Of a DNA stretch of 64,000 nucleotides, positions 1-13,640 are shown one piece after another. The position numbers and the translations under genes were made by a program. Under the pieces are notes generated by a model that saw only the letters and a list, made by a program, of their open reading frames with translations, made no database searches and was not told where the DNA came from. Positions within the stretch are counted from its first letter, which is position 1; the number at the start of each line of letters is the position of its first letter. The stretch comes from Chrysomallon squamiferum. Lineage: Eukaryota; Animalia; Mollusca. Where the stretch lies: positions 18,476,001 through 18,540,000 of the forward strand of contig CM022672.1 of NCBI GenBank assembly GCA_012295275.1, in the 5' to 3' direction.

Positions 1-435
1 TACGAAATACCGTCCAAGACCACAAGTTACCGATTAAAACACCTGACATATTTTCAGTACGGAATACCGTCCAAGACCACAAGTTACCGATTAAAACACC
101 TGACATATTTTCAGTACGAAATACCGTCCAAGACCACAAGTTACCGATTAAAACACCTGACATATTTTCAGTACGGAATACCGTCCAAGACCACAAGTTA
201 CCGATTAAAACACCTGACATATTTTCAGTACGGAATACCGTCCAAGACCACAAGTTACCGATTAAATCACCTGACATATTTTCAGTACGGAATACCGTCC
301 AAGACCACAAGTTACCGATTAAATCACCTGATATATTTTCAGTACGGAATATCGTCGAAGACCAGAGGGTAAATGATAACATCTGACATATTTTCAGTAC
401 GGAATACCGTCTAAAACCACAAGTTACTGATTGAA
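1..435. repeat. 57-bp tandem minisatellite, ~7.5 copies, truncated by window start
   Basis: Unit TACGGAATACCGTCCAAGACCACAAGTTACCGATTAAAACACCTGACATATTTTCAG starts at 1, 58, 115, 172, 229, 286. Copies at ~343 and ~398 are degenerate. Confidence 0.97.
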
Positions 436-510
436 AAGTCCATGACTATGCACTTTAGTTAGCAAAACGTTAAAGTACAGCAGTTATCAGCAAAAACGTA
501 CTGAATCGGA

Positions 511-645
511 AACACGTGTTATGAGACGCAAGGTGACGGATAACAACGTGTTAGTTTGATATCCTTCCGCGTTTGGAAATAACATCTGCTGCAGATAGAC
601 ATTCCTTCGTGTCTCACGTGCGGCGTTAATCGGTTCACGTGACCG
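511..645. promoter_or_regulatory. Cluster of three canonical E-boxes (CACGTG)
   Basis: CACGTG at 513-518 (within palindrome AACACGTGTT), 615-620 and 636-641 (TCACGTGAC) in CpG-rich unique sequence. Function is inferred. Confidence 0.35.
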
Positions 646-1489
646 ACGTTAACACATTTCGTGAAAAACAGGTGTTTGAACTTCGTGTTTTGAGATTCGT
701 AAGTGTTAGTGCTATTTTCAATGGGGGTTCTTTTTCGAATATATATATTTTTAAAGGTTTTAGATATATAAGTTCTTTAAAGTTATCTCGCTGGTTCAAA
801 TAAACCGGCAACTCCTAAGTCACCAAAACAACAGCAAAACACAAGAAACAACAATAAATCACAACATTATATATTATCATAGCTTTAAATGTTCTTGTAT
901 TATAAAATAATTCTCTTTTCCACACACATCTGACTAAGGTATTATGCATAAAATGTGAACGAAGAACACACAGACAAGGAAAAAAAAAAAAAAAGAATAA
1001 AAAAAGAATGGAATAACGATAAGATATCTTTTTCATTAGCAGCAATATAAAATGTTTCGCTCACATCTTCAAATAAGCCATTATATTGTATAATGATTGC
1101 AGTGACGTTAAGTATTATACTGTATGAAATATTTGTTTTACAAATACCAGTGACCGAGTTAACCGCAAGAACCACATCCAGGCCAGTCTGAATACCAAGA
1201 CATTTTACTGCAGAAAATGATGGCCACCATGAATGTTAATATGTTAATAAAGTGAAAATGAAATCGATAAAATGTCTGAAAACCAGGAAGTGGTCACAAA
1301 CTAGACCATCAAATTCAGACAAAAACTTAACAGCGAGAGAAAAAAAAAATTAGAAAAAATGAAAAAGAAAAATCAATGACGACTCTTTTGCGGTGAGCTG
1401 TATTAGAATTTAGTTGACTTTCTACTCATTTTAGTTCCATCACAATTGTGTTGAGATCTAGTCAGTTGTTTTTATGTTTGTGTACGTTG

Positions 1490-1544
1490 TTGTGTGTGTT
1501 TATGCATATATGTATGTATATGTGTATGTATGTATGTATGTATG

Positions 1545-1581
<37 letters not shown>

Positions 1582-1750
1582 ATATATATATATATATGAA
1601 TGTATGTATGTATGTATGCATGTGTGTATGTATATGTATGTATGTATATATGTATGTCTATTGCATGTATGTATGTGCATATCTACAAATATATACATGT
1701 ATTTGTGTCTGTATATATGCATTTTTATATCTGTGTGTGTATATACTGAT
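1490..1750. repeat. Compound (TATG)n/(TA)n/(TG)n microsatellite
   Basis: Directly visible simple repeats; explains ORFs at 1448-1898. Confidence 0.9.
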
Positions 1751-2367
1751 ATATTCAAATGTGCCAATCCTTTTTCGCAATACAGAAATAAATATTCAAC
1801 CACGGCACATACAACAATCTATCAACACAACTATATATCCTCTAAAACTTGCAGATCAGTGCATAATCATTTTCGATATGCGTGAGATCAAGGCTTGAAC
1901 ACAGTTACGTACGTGGCTGTAAAAACATCCCCTTTGTATCTCTGTACCACCACATCCACAATCTATTCTACGTGCGAGATCTAACGTCAGTTCACAGACT
2001 CGTTAATTTAATGTCTGTTACATTTGATGCGTCTTTATAACATTTCGACTGAAAAAGAAAGGTCGTTAATTACGAGCGTTTCCCGAGGAAACTACGAACA
2101 ACTGCGTCTTGATTATTGCGCTTTTTTAAAGCAGAACATCAAATGGTTTCCGGTATTAGAAGAAGAAGAAGACGAAGAAGAAGAAGAAGAACGAGAAGAA
2201 GAAGAAAAAGAAGAAGAAGATAAAAAAAACATTAAGATGAGCGGATTATGTCCTTTTTTTTTTTTTTTTACTGATTGCTGACATACTGATGTTTAATGAA
2301 GATCTATTTACCTGTGCCAGATCTCTGATTATTTTAAGATAAACGTTTAGTAAAGACTAACTCGTTA

Positions 2368-2830
2368 TATATTACAATAAGTCTGACACAATGTATGTTA
2401 GGGGAAGACTGGAAAAGGTGACTGATGTTTTAGGGAATATTGGCATATGACATATTAAGTACAGGTGCAAGCTATTACAAAAGATTTATATGTTGGAGAT
2501 TTCAAGAAGGCCGCCATATAACATGCCATAAGATGACTGGTATGTGGAATATTACAAAAACACTGGCACGTGAGAAAATTACAAGAAATCTTTAATAAAT
2601 GTGGGATATTACAAGACAATTAACACGGGAGATTTCAAAACAAAAGAAAATTACATGGGGATATTAAGAGAAAATCGGCATATGGTACACTACAAGAAAA
2701 CTGACGTATGGTATATTATGGGACGTCATGTCTCAAGATGTATTGACGTAAAAACTACCACAGCATAATAGGAAAGACTGGCAAATGGGATATTGCAAGA
2801 TCACTAGTACAGTGGACTTCATGGAAACAT
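2368..2830. repeat. Cryptic, highly decayed ~26-bp minisatellite
   Basis: Recurrent variants of TGGGATATTACAAGAAAACTGGCA, e.g. near 2545, 2602, 2657, 2683, 2786. Confidence 0.7.
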
Positions 2831-2855
2831 CAGCATGCATTCCTACATTATTTTA

Positions 2856-3050
2856 GGAAGGAAGAAGAAGAAGAAAAAGAAGAAGAAGAAAAAGAAGAAG
2901 AAGAAGAAGAAGAAGAAGAAGAAAAAAAAGAAGAAGAAGAAGAAGAAGAAGAAGAAGAAGAAGAAGAAGAAGAAGAAGAAGAAAAAGAAGAAGAAGAAAA
3001 TGAAGATGAAAAAGAAGAAGAAGAAGAAGAAGAAAATGAAGAAGAAGAAG
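2856..3050. repeat. (GAA)n microsatellite
   Basis: ~195 bp of near-perfect GAA repeat. Confidence 0.97.
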
Positions 3051-3569
3051 ACGTTCTATTTAAAGTTCTATTTCCATCCAAGTACTTTACAATTCAAGGT
3101 TATTCCCTCCGACACATTTTTTTTCTGACGTGGCCTTCCTACGTTTGTCTCGAGGCTCTGGTCTCCGCTGTACTGACAGTTGCGTAAGATCTTTATTTCA
3201 GTCATCATTCGATGTCATAATTGACGTCCCACTTGTAGCATTACCTGCCAGACTACCTCAAGCAACACTGATAATGATCACAGAAAAAAGAATTTTTTTG
3301 CTTCGTTTCTTTTTTACGTCCTCTTACAGCCAAAGCATTTCCTAGAGCTCATTTGCTGCAGCGGTAAAGAGAGACGAGTCAGGTGAAATTACTCTAAGCT
3401 GTTTCTTCTTTTGGTGTTCAGGACTATTGTCGATTAAGTATAAATCAAACCTTCGGCCATATTTAATTATTCTGTGTGTTCAACAGGGAATTCTCTTTCT
3501 CTGTGTGTATGTGTGCGTTTGTTCGTGTATGTGTTTCAGTGTGTGTTTTGTATGTGTGTGTGTGTCTAC

Positions 3570-3687
3570 ATATATGCATACATACATACAAACTTTCATT
3601 CATACGTAAGTACATAACACAGAAAATATATACATCATATACAACATATATGCATTTATCTATCTATATATATACATAGATTAATGC

Positions 3688-3718
<31 letters not shown>

Positions 3719-3795
3719 TAAATAAATGTATACATACATACATACATACAAACTTTCATACATACGTAAGTACATATACACAGAATATATACATG
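3570..3795. repeat. Local ~65-bp direct duplication (period ~160) in CATA-rich sequence
   Basis: CATACAAACTTTCATWCATACGTAAGTACATA..CACAGAA..TATATACAT occurs at ~3585 and ~3745. Confidence 0.8.
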
Positions 3796-4712
3796 ATATT
3801 ATATAATGTATATATTCTGTGTGTATGTATGTATGCATTTATCTATGTACGTATGTAGTAATGTATGTATATTTATGTATGTATGTTTGCATCTATAAAT
3901 ATATGCAAACCGTTAATGTTGTGTATCTGACTTTAGTTCAAATAAGTTAAGTTCAATCGTGCATTCACCTCTAACTCATCGACAGCGGATGTTATTGGAG
4001 TGGTTTCCATAGCTGCTAATTGTTATTTATTTAATAGATCATCCTGAATTAAACACGTAGATATACTTCATTATTCCTGGCCATAGAGCTTAATATTAAA
4101 ACACTTTTATATACAATAGAACGATAATGATTTAAAACTGTTATAATTTTTTTTTTTTTTTTTTTTCAGATAATAAAGAATTGATGTTATTTAATTATAG
4201 ATCACTTTATGTAACCAGTATTAATTCTCTGTGTGTATATATAGAGTCAGTAACATGCATGACTAAACGTAATGAATTGTCAGTGTTTGTTTACTGAAAA
4301 CACTAATGTTTCGGGACGCGTTTGTTAAAGAACTGTTTTCGTGTCAGAGCATAAGGTTTAACCAAATAAAACGAATGTTATTATAATTATGACAGTTACG
4401 TGCAGTTATAGGACAGTGTTTATTCTTTCATACAGTCATTTTTGTTTTTAGAAAAGGACGTAATTATTATCGACCCCATGGAATCGTTAATACTGAAATG
4501 TGTAGACATGAATTTAATCATATATATATATATATATTTATTTATTTATTTATTTATAAAAAATGTCATACTTTTTATCCTCAACTCCCGAAAACCTGTT
4601 GTATTTTATTGAAGAAAGATAATGTGATTATATATCTGCTTCTGTCAGAGTATGCATTAGTTTGCTCAGGCCAACCTTTTAACAGGCAAAATATATTCAA
4701 TTCTAAACTATG

Positions 4713-4968
4713 CTACACTACACTACACTACACTACACTACACTACACTACACTACACTACACTACACTACACTACACTACACTACACTACACTACACTA
4801 AATTACACTACACTACACTACACTACACTACACTACACTACACTACACTACACTACACTACACTACACTACACTACACTACACTATACTACACTATACTA
4901 CACTATACTACACTACACTACACTACACTACACTACACTACACTACACTACACTACACTATACTATAC
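4713..4968. repeat. (ACACT)n pentanucleotide microsatellite
   Basis: ~50 copies of CTACA; gives the spurious (YTTLH)n ORFs. Confidence 0.97.
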
Positions 4969-5946
4969 TATATATAAATATATATACATACACACATACA
5001 CACACATACACACACATACATACATACATAAATACATACTTATATACACACACACTAATATATTTTGTACAAATATACATACACGCTCGCAAAGACACAC
5101 AAACAAATTTTAAAAAAGGGAAAGAGACAGACACAAATTTAAAATTTTTTTTTTTAAAAAAAAGCTCTGACATACAAACACAGATACTATAAACAACGTC
5201 TGGCTTAACATTTAACGAAGAACTATTTAAAACCAGATGTCTCTGTCTCCCGCAAACACCAGGAGCGCATTCGACCAGTGTGGTGATTGCGAGACGAATG
5301 TGATTTAAAATGTCTACTGGAACTTGCGACTTTCTGTTAATTCTCATTTACTCATTTACACCATAAAATACTCATCAGTATCAGTTTGCTGAGATCAACA
5401 CTTTTTTTCCGCAGTCAGTTCGTGGTATTGAAATCACCAGAACCTTCTCCTTTGTAAAATATTCTGGATCCGTACCTGAACTTGTCTGGATAAATGTCAG
5501 TAATCTATTTATTACGGTTGAAGATTTGGTTCTATTTTTATTTAGGTGATTTTTTTTTTTTTCCATTTTTCTTTTCATTTTCTATACGCGAACAAGAATC
5601 CTGCATGCAACCTTTGCGTGTTAAAAGCAAATTTCAATTACAGTGATTTAGACTTATTTTTTTTTGCACCCACCGCGAACACAGAACAACAACAGTGATT
5701 GTGCTAGCGTCGGCTCGACAGCGTCTGGTCTGCAACCACGTACAAAAAAAACCACACAGCCATCAAGAAGAGTGGTATTATTTATTTATTTATTTATTTA
5801 TTTATTATCATACAGGACTATTAAAATAAATCAATGTAAATGAACATGTATAAAAACATAAATACATATACGTAGAAACCAACATATACATTCAGCCAAA
5901 TATATACATATATACTTACATATAACATACACACATCTATGCACAC

Positions 5947-6053
<107 letters not shown>

Positions 6054-6999
6054 ACCAGAAATCTGAAATTTAAAATCTGCTCTCTATCTCTGTCTGTCTG
6101 TTTCTTTCTCGCTTTAATTTTTTTAAAAGTTTCTACTAATATTTGCTAAACACGAAAGTAATTGTGTGTAGTCTTAAGTAACATCGTCTCCAGTAACTTT
6201 TTTTTTTTGTCTTTGTTTGTCGTGTTTTTATTTTCATTTAGTTTATTTAGTTTTCTGCTTCTAGGCTTCTTTTCTACTACGTATGATGATGATGATAATA
6301 ATAATAACAATAATAAATTAAAATTTCAGGAATTTCAAAACTGAAATTTTAAAAATAAAACGTTTGAAAAAATCCCTCATCACATCTTAAATTGCTTTAT
6401 GAACGTATTAACGAATTCCGGAACAGTTTTTCGCTTTCACTTATGTTAAACTATGACTGTCTACTGTAATCTTATTTAAAATAAATGTATAAACACTTGA
6501 ACTGCATTTTTTTTTTTTTTTTTTACTAAAAGAACAAAACCAACTGAACTTATTCTGAATTCTCTGTTTAGAATAAATGTTGATTTAAAACATTAGTTAC
6601 CGTTTTTCAAGTAATGGCTAGTCACGTACTTTCTATAATCAGCATTATGACGTCATAGACGCTTTCTATTTATGTCACCGTAGCAACAGATTTTTGTTAG
6701 GACGCAGCTCTATTCTTACTTCTTTCTTTATTATTATTATTATTTTTTTTTTTTTCCCCCATCTTTTTCTTTCGTTTTTCTTTCATCTTGCTTTACTGTC
6801 AGGAATTTGGAAGATAAAAATGTTATGGATGACGTCTATAAACGTCCATAAAGGTAAGCACATTAATTCATTTAACAGAAGTTTTCTTTATCTCTTATTC
6901 TCTGAATTGATTGTTTCTACTTATGAGGGAGCGTGGCAAAAAATAAAAAAATGTGTATATTGTATTTAACGTGGTTATTATTTTTATTTTTATTTTGTA

Positions 7000-7065
<66 letters not shown>

Positions 7066-7449
7066 TGTGTGTTTTAAAATGATACATAAAAGTTACTGGA
7101 ATAAAATTTCTGTAAAATAAAAATAGTTTATGAATGTTGACGATAATTATAATAATAATGATAATGATATGATGTTGATGAAAAATGTAATAACAATAAT
7201 GACAATGACAATAATGATGACTGTAATAGAAAATATGAAAATATGCATACATACATACACACATACATAATGGATACTGGCATATATATATATATATATG
7301 TATATGCATACATACATGCGTACACGCATACATATAAACATGCTCACTCGTTCATACGCACAAACGCAGACATAGAAGCATGCATACACGCACTCGTTCA
7401 CTCGTAAACACGTACAAAGTTACAAACGTACACAGGTATATATATATAT

Positions 7450-7501
<52 letters not shown>

Positions 7502-8871
7502 AAAGTCAGATATTCAGAAACAACAAATCTTGATGCTAAAAGAAAATCTTTTGCATCTCACGAAGACTTGGAAAACAGCTGCAAGAAGAGAGAGTGGTGT
7601 TGAAAGAGCTATATCGACTGATCAGGGTCGGTCAGTGAAATCACGTGTAGCTCGGTCTTCAAAGGGTTAACGTCAGATTTATTGACAACTGTCTGATCTC
7701 TCTGTTACTACCAGCACCTGTTACTGCTGCTAACTGCGTGTCTGTGTTTTTAAATAATATTCAGATTTTCTAATTAACCAGATAAAGTTGAATGTTGTTT
7801 TGTTTTTGTTTTTGTCGAGAAGCTATAATAAAGAATTAAAACAAAAACAGAAGAAGAAGAAGAAAAAGTAGGCCATGACACTGTTGTTTTTTTGTGTCTC
7901 TAGGCGTATCTCATTCTCTCTCTCAAACACAGCATAGATTTTTCTTTTTAAACGAAAAATTAAGATTCACTTTATTACCTTTTACGTTATTTGTTAATAC
8001 ATCAGGCGTCGGAAATTCGGCTTTCTGATTGTTGTGGTATTATCCAATCTCGTTATCGGTCAAGGTCACTGAGTATTAAATTGATTACTTCCGGATTATA
8101 ATGGATATGGCACCGAAGAGAAATTTCTCAGGAGACAAGACAACCTGAACGTTGATTGGCTGAAACAGTTGATTGATGGGATTGGTTGAAGTGGTTATAT
8201 CAGTTTTAAATGTTTTAAAATAATTTCACCAATTTGTATAAAATACAAAATTTTCAAAATTAATTAATTCAAAAATATAAGTAAATAATTAATCAACTAA
8301 ATAAACGTTTTAATGTCTCTATCTATCCGTTTATCTACCGTTTTGTTTTTTGTTTTACTTCTGTCTGTCTGTCTCTCTGTCTGTTTGTCAGTCTTTCTGT
8401 CTCTCGTTTTTCTGTCTTAAGTCTTTCGTTCGAGGAAAAAAACTATTCATTATCATATATATATATATTGACACGACAAATATATATTATCACTATATAC
8501 ACACACACACACGCAGACACATCCACACACATATTAAATAATAATAATATATATATATATATTTTAAATTTGCTAGATTAATGTATTAGGTAAATATATG
8601 AATCTTTCTCTATTTTCCTATTTCCACTGGTTCGCTACTAAGCTCCACTCTACTCAGCAAACACGGTAAATCAAAATAAGCTGCTGTCACATTTAACCAG
8701 TGATAAATACTTTATGTAAACAGTGTGCACAAAATGGCCGACATATTATGACATTAAGCTCCTTAGATCATGAAATAACCAATAAGATGCTGTCAGATAT
8801 CGTCCATAAAATAGAATATTTTTATCATCCAGACTCTTCATCAGAACTGTTTCTGTCGCTGTTGTTGTAGT

Positions 8872-8919
<48 letters not shown>

Positions 8920-8922
8920 TGA

Positions 8923-8958
<36 letters not shown>

Positions 8959-9031
8959 GTTATTGTTGTTGTTGTTCTTCTCATGGTTGTATTCTTCACC
9001 TCTTATTCCTCCTTCTAATCATCATCATCTT

Positions 9032-9062
<31 letters not shown>

Positions 9063-9543
9063 TTCTTCTTCTTATTATTATTATTATGCCACCTTTGATA
9101 GTCAGTTAAATAAATAATAATAATAATAACAAAATTAAAAAAACAAGAAAAGTAAAAAACAACCAACCCCTCAACAAGAAAAAAAAAAAAAAAAGAAAAG
9201 AAACAAAAAAGCCCTACATTAGTCAGAATCAGGAAATAAAATGAAATTTTTGATTATTTTTTTTCTCTCTCTCTCCCAGTATGCGTGTACTTCATTTTTT
9301 CCACTTTCATTCTAAAAATATCGATTTCATTACCACCAACTGTGTAATTATTAATGAATAGTTATTTGCACTGGATAACTGGAATTATGAAATAGCGAAA
9401 AAGAAGAAGAAAAAAGAAGTATGACAATATACGTATATGTGGATGTGTATGTAAGTATGTACATATGTATGAACGTATGAATGTATGTATGCATCTATGT
9501 ATGTATGTATTGTTATTCTTTCTTCAGAAACAGAAAGAGAGAT

Positions 9544-9792
<249 letters not shown>

Positions 9793-9839
9793 AACACACG
9801 AGTGCAAAATATATTAAAAAGTCCTAAAAATTGATAAAT

Positions 9840-10300
9840 CGCTGCCCGTCCACGTAATTTGTCCCATCTTCAACAAGTAAATTATTTTGCTTGCTATAAC
9901 AATCGATTTTTTTTTTGTTCAGGAGGCAAAACAGCGGAGGTCAGCGACTCGCCTAATCCCGCCTACCAAATTGATTGCTGTGTGTATTTGCTTTATTTGC
10001 AATATCAGAGCACCCCGCGCTGCGCCCGTGATCATATTAATCTCACAAGTCTAAGCCTTTCATCTGGCGTCTTCCTCTCTCGCTGGACTTTTTGACAGGT
10101 TCCTCCTGATATATATATATATACCGTCAACAGACTGGATGTTCTAAAAGCCCTAGCGAGGCAGCGGAGGGATCGGAGTATACTGCCGAACAGAAAAACG
10201 CGGCAGTTTTGTACGATGTATGATAATTGTCTGGGATTGATTAAACGTGCAGATAAAGAGGGAAAATGACGCACTGCGAGAGGTTTATTTGGTTCCTTTA
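9840..10300. promoter_or_regulatory. CpG-rich unique island between (GA)n and (CT)n tracts; candidate enhancer/promoter
   Basis: GC/CpG clearly above background (e.g. GCACCCCGCGCTGCGCCCG); no convincing ORF. Confidence 0.35.
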
Positions 10301-10496
10301 AGTACTTTAAGGCGATGCTAATGTATTTTAATTACTTAGCATTTCCCCGTGTCTGATTCTCAATCACTGTCTTTCTTTCTTATTTTTTTTTTCTTCCTCT
10401 TTCTACATAGTGTTTATTTTCTGTTAAATTTGATGAATTGTTTGTGTTATTCATTTCAAGTTTGAGTTTAATGCAGTAGAAAACAACTGCAGATAT

Positions 10497-10700
<204 letters not shown>

Positions 10701-10727
10701 AGATGTAGATGTATATCTGCATATGTA

Positions 10728-11657
10728 GATATAAGTGTGAATATGGTTATGAGTATATAGGTTCATGTATATGTTTTTGGTATATGTATATATCTATCTC
10801 ATATCCAACCATCTACTTCATTGCTGAAATTGTTAGAATTCAAAGTCCATCTGTTTAAAACACACAATCATTAGTTTGATATTACGACAAACTTCTTAAC
10901 AAATGAAATCATTAACTCGTTCTGTAGACTTCTCAACAAAGTATTTCTCTGTGTGTGCGTCAGTCTAATCTAAAAACATCTATTACTGAGAGAGAGACAT
11001 CGAAAAATCACTTCGCTATGAAATTATTCATAGAAATGCCTAATGTCTGTTGTTTCGAAATACGTTCTGCAGAGATGAAATGGAAAACAAAAGCGTTAAA
11101 AAGTTGGAGAAAAAAGTGAAGAAGAAGAAAAAGAAAATTAAGAGGAATAATGAGAAGATAATGATCATGTTAAAGAAGAAAAATATAAGAGAAGAAGAAA
11201 ATGAAGAAAAAATAATAGTCAAGGAAAAGGAAATACAAAAGTAGTGTTATAGAAATAAAGAAAAAAAAAAAGAAAAGAAAAAAGAAGAAAAAAGAATGCA
11301 ACAAAGAAATGAAAATATACTCAAAAATATAAATAAATTGAAGCTGACGTGCACTCTAGAATTTCCTGAAGCGAGATGAATGTTGTCATTTACGAGACAC
11401 TATTAATGACGTCGTGAATAATTATAAACGTCCGTATATCGACTTTCACTAACGTTTTGCAGTATTTGGTAAAACAGATGTTATAGAAGTCTCAGATAAG
11501 TTATAATGTGATTGATTTTCTCTGCTCTGTCTCTCTCCGAATTTCCTGACTTGTCCACTGAAATTTGATGTTGTATTATTGTTATTACTATGGTTGTTGT
11601 TGTTGTTGTTGTCGTATTCCATTTTTTTGTTCTTGTTCTTACTAATTCTCCATCTGT
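10728..11657 (+). repeat. Left arm of ~0.95-kb inverted duplication (partner 21763-22747)
   Basis: By-eye alignment to the reverse complement of 21763-22747 gives two high-identity blocks (~10790-11083 and ~11320-11555, the latter ~7 differences in ~235 bp) joined by a more diverged purine-rich linker. Confidence 0.97.
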
Positions 11658-12574
11658 GTTTTCTTTTCTACTTGTCTTCCTATACATCATTTTTGTTCAT
11701 CATCTTCATTATCATCTTCTTCTTCTTCTTCTTGTTCTTCTTCTTCTTCTTCTTCTTATTATTATTATTATTATCATTATTATTACTATCTCTCACCTTT
11801 CAAAATGATGGGACGTCATTCATGACTGAATAACCCTTTGACATAGGGCTTTGCTACGAGTTCGGCGTGGGGTGACGTCATTAAAATTAACAATGTCGTC
11901 GTTCGTCAACTCACTGTTCGCTTTTGACCGTTACATCCAGCTTTAGTGTTGTAAGCGCCGCCCTGTCTTGTTCGTCTGGCCTCTGCAGCCACATTTCATT
12001 ACAACCTGTCATGTGTTCTGTCCTGCAGATGTCAGAGTTCGTAACTTGTCATGTTAGGATCATGTTTAATGATGTTTTGGTTGTCAGTGAGCCTGACATG
12101 TCACAGACATGTATTACCGACTCCATGTTATTAAAATAACACCGTCTGGACTTAATCGTAACAACTGTACGACTGAAGTCAAAAATATCCAGAGGCAGTT
12201 ATCATGAAGCTTTTAATAATCCGTGTGTGTATTTGTGTTCCATTCTTTTACAAAAAAACTTTTTTCAACAGAAAAAAAAAAAAAAAAAAAATAATAATAA
12301 TGGTAAAACTGCTATATACAAAACTGTGGATCACGTCATTTTACACGATATGATTTTTAGAAATGGTTATTTTATTAATAGCTAGTTACTCTTATAGCAT
12401 TCAGTAATTTTCATCTCATCTTTAGACATGTTATCAGGTTGTTAATTCATTTAATATTTCTTTTTACCTTTTAAAATATCTGTTAACTTTAAATGCCCAT
12501 ACGTATTTATACTGTGGTTGTATTTCACAAAGGTAGTGTTTGTGTTTTGAGTTTCATACATTTAAAACGTATAA

Positions 12575-13041
12575 TTTTATCATTTAATTGCTGCTGTAGT
12601 TTTTAATACATTTAGCCTAATTTAATTACATTCATTGTATATTCAACATGTCAGATTTTGCTAAGATAAACTCATATTCGTCGGTGTTAAAGTTTCATGA
12701 ATTTAATACAGTTATCTTTGTCATCTAATTGCTGTAGTAGCTTCTAAAGCATTTAACCTCGTTTAATGACATTTATTTCACATTCAGTATTGTCAGATTT
12801 TGCTAAGATGCCCTCATATTCTTCGGTTTTAACGTTCATTCGTTTAATACAGATATCTTTGTCATCTAATTGTTGTAGTAGTTTCTAAAGCATTTAGCCT
12901 CGTTGAATGACATTCATTTCACATTCAGTATGTCAGATTTTGCTAAGATACTCTCAAATTCATTTCTTTCAAAGTTCACAGACACGTTTGTCACAGTAGT
13001 TTCTAATGTATTTCACATCACTTAATGACATCCATTTCACA
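12575..13041. repeat. ~141-bp degenerate tandem repeat, ~3.3 copies
   Basis: GTCAGATTTTGCTAAGAT at 12650, 12792 and 12932, with shared flanking text (TCTTTGTCATCTAATTG..GTAGTAG..TTCTAAAGCATTTA). Confidence 0.92.
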
Positions 13042-13199
13042 TGGCATCTTTAACTCAGACACACCCACGATCTTCGCTTGCGATATATATCATGTCTAGG
13101 GTTGTTTGTTTTTTGTCTTTTTCTTCTTTTTTTTTTCCTCTATGATATTCCATTAAATGTACATCTCGTGTCAAGGACGTATTTTGTTTTTCATTTTTG

Positions 13200-13640
13200 T
13201 CAAATTACTTATCCGTCTTCAGCGCTATCACTGGCGTATCTCACCGCGTGGCCGTAAACGTTACACCGTTGATGCTGTCCTGCGGTCTTCGTTTCATTAC
13301 CACCGCATCACACACGTCAAGTCATCGCCATTTTACGTCTCTGTTGTTTTCGTTCCTTCATTGACTCGCCTCGTACTTGAAGCGGAAGCGCTAATCAGAC
13401 GGCATCAACTCCGTGGGCTGCAGCCAGGCGTAAACATTAATACATTTACAAGCGAGATTTCAGGCTTTTCTTCGATTCCTGAACAGAGGACGAAGCCGCT
13501 GAAGAGGCTTGCAAGCAAACGCCGACAACAACAGCAGCTACGGAGAATTTAAGCCATCAAAGCTCTGGGCTGCATGATACTTTTGGCTGACATCTCTGTA
13601 CTGACTTTAAACCCTCAGTTAACTGGGCAGGTTTAACATT
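13200..13640. promoter_or_regulatory. CpG-rich unique island inside the inverted-repeat loop; candidate cis-element or exon
   Basis: Elevated GC/CpG; the overlapping 131-aa ORF has no motif I recognise. Confidence 0.3.

Noticed and set aside
11447-11474. 6-nt microexon inside left arm (CACTAAC..TTTTGCAG|TATTTG|GTAAAA)
   Set aside because: Branch-like motif too close to the AG and the donor is weak.
13157-13552. 131-aa non-repetitive ORF
   Set aside because: No recognisable motif and no convincing splice sites; the length is explained by locally higher GC.
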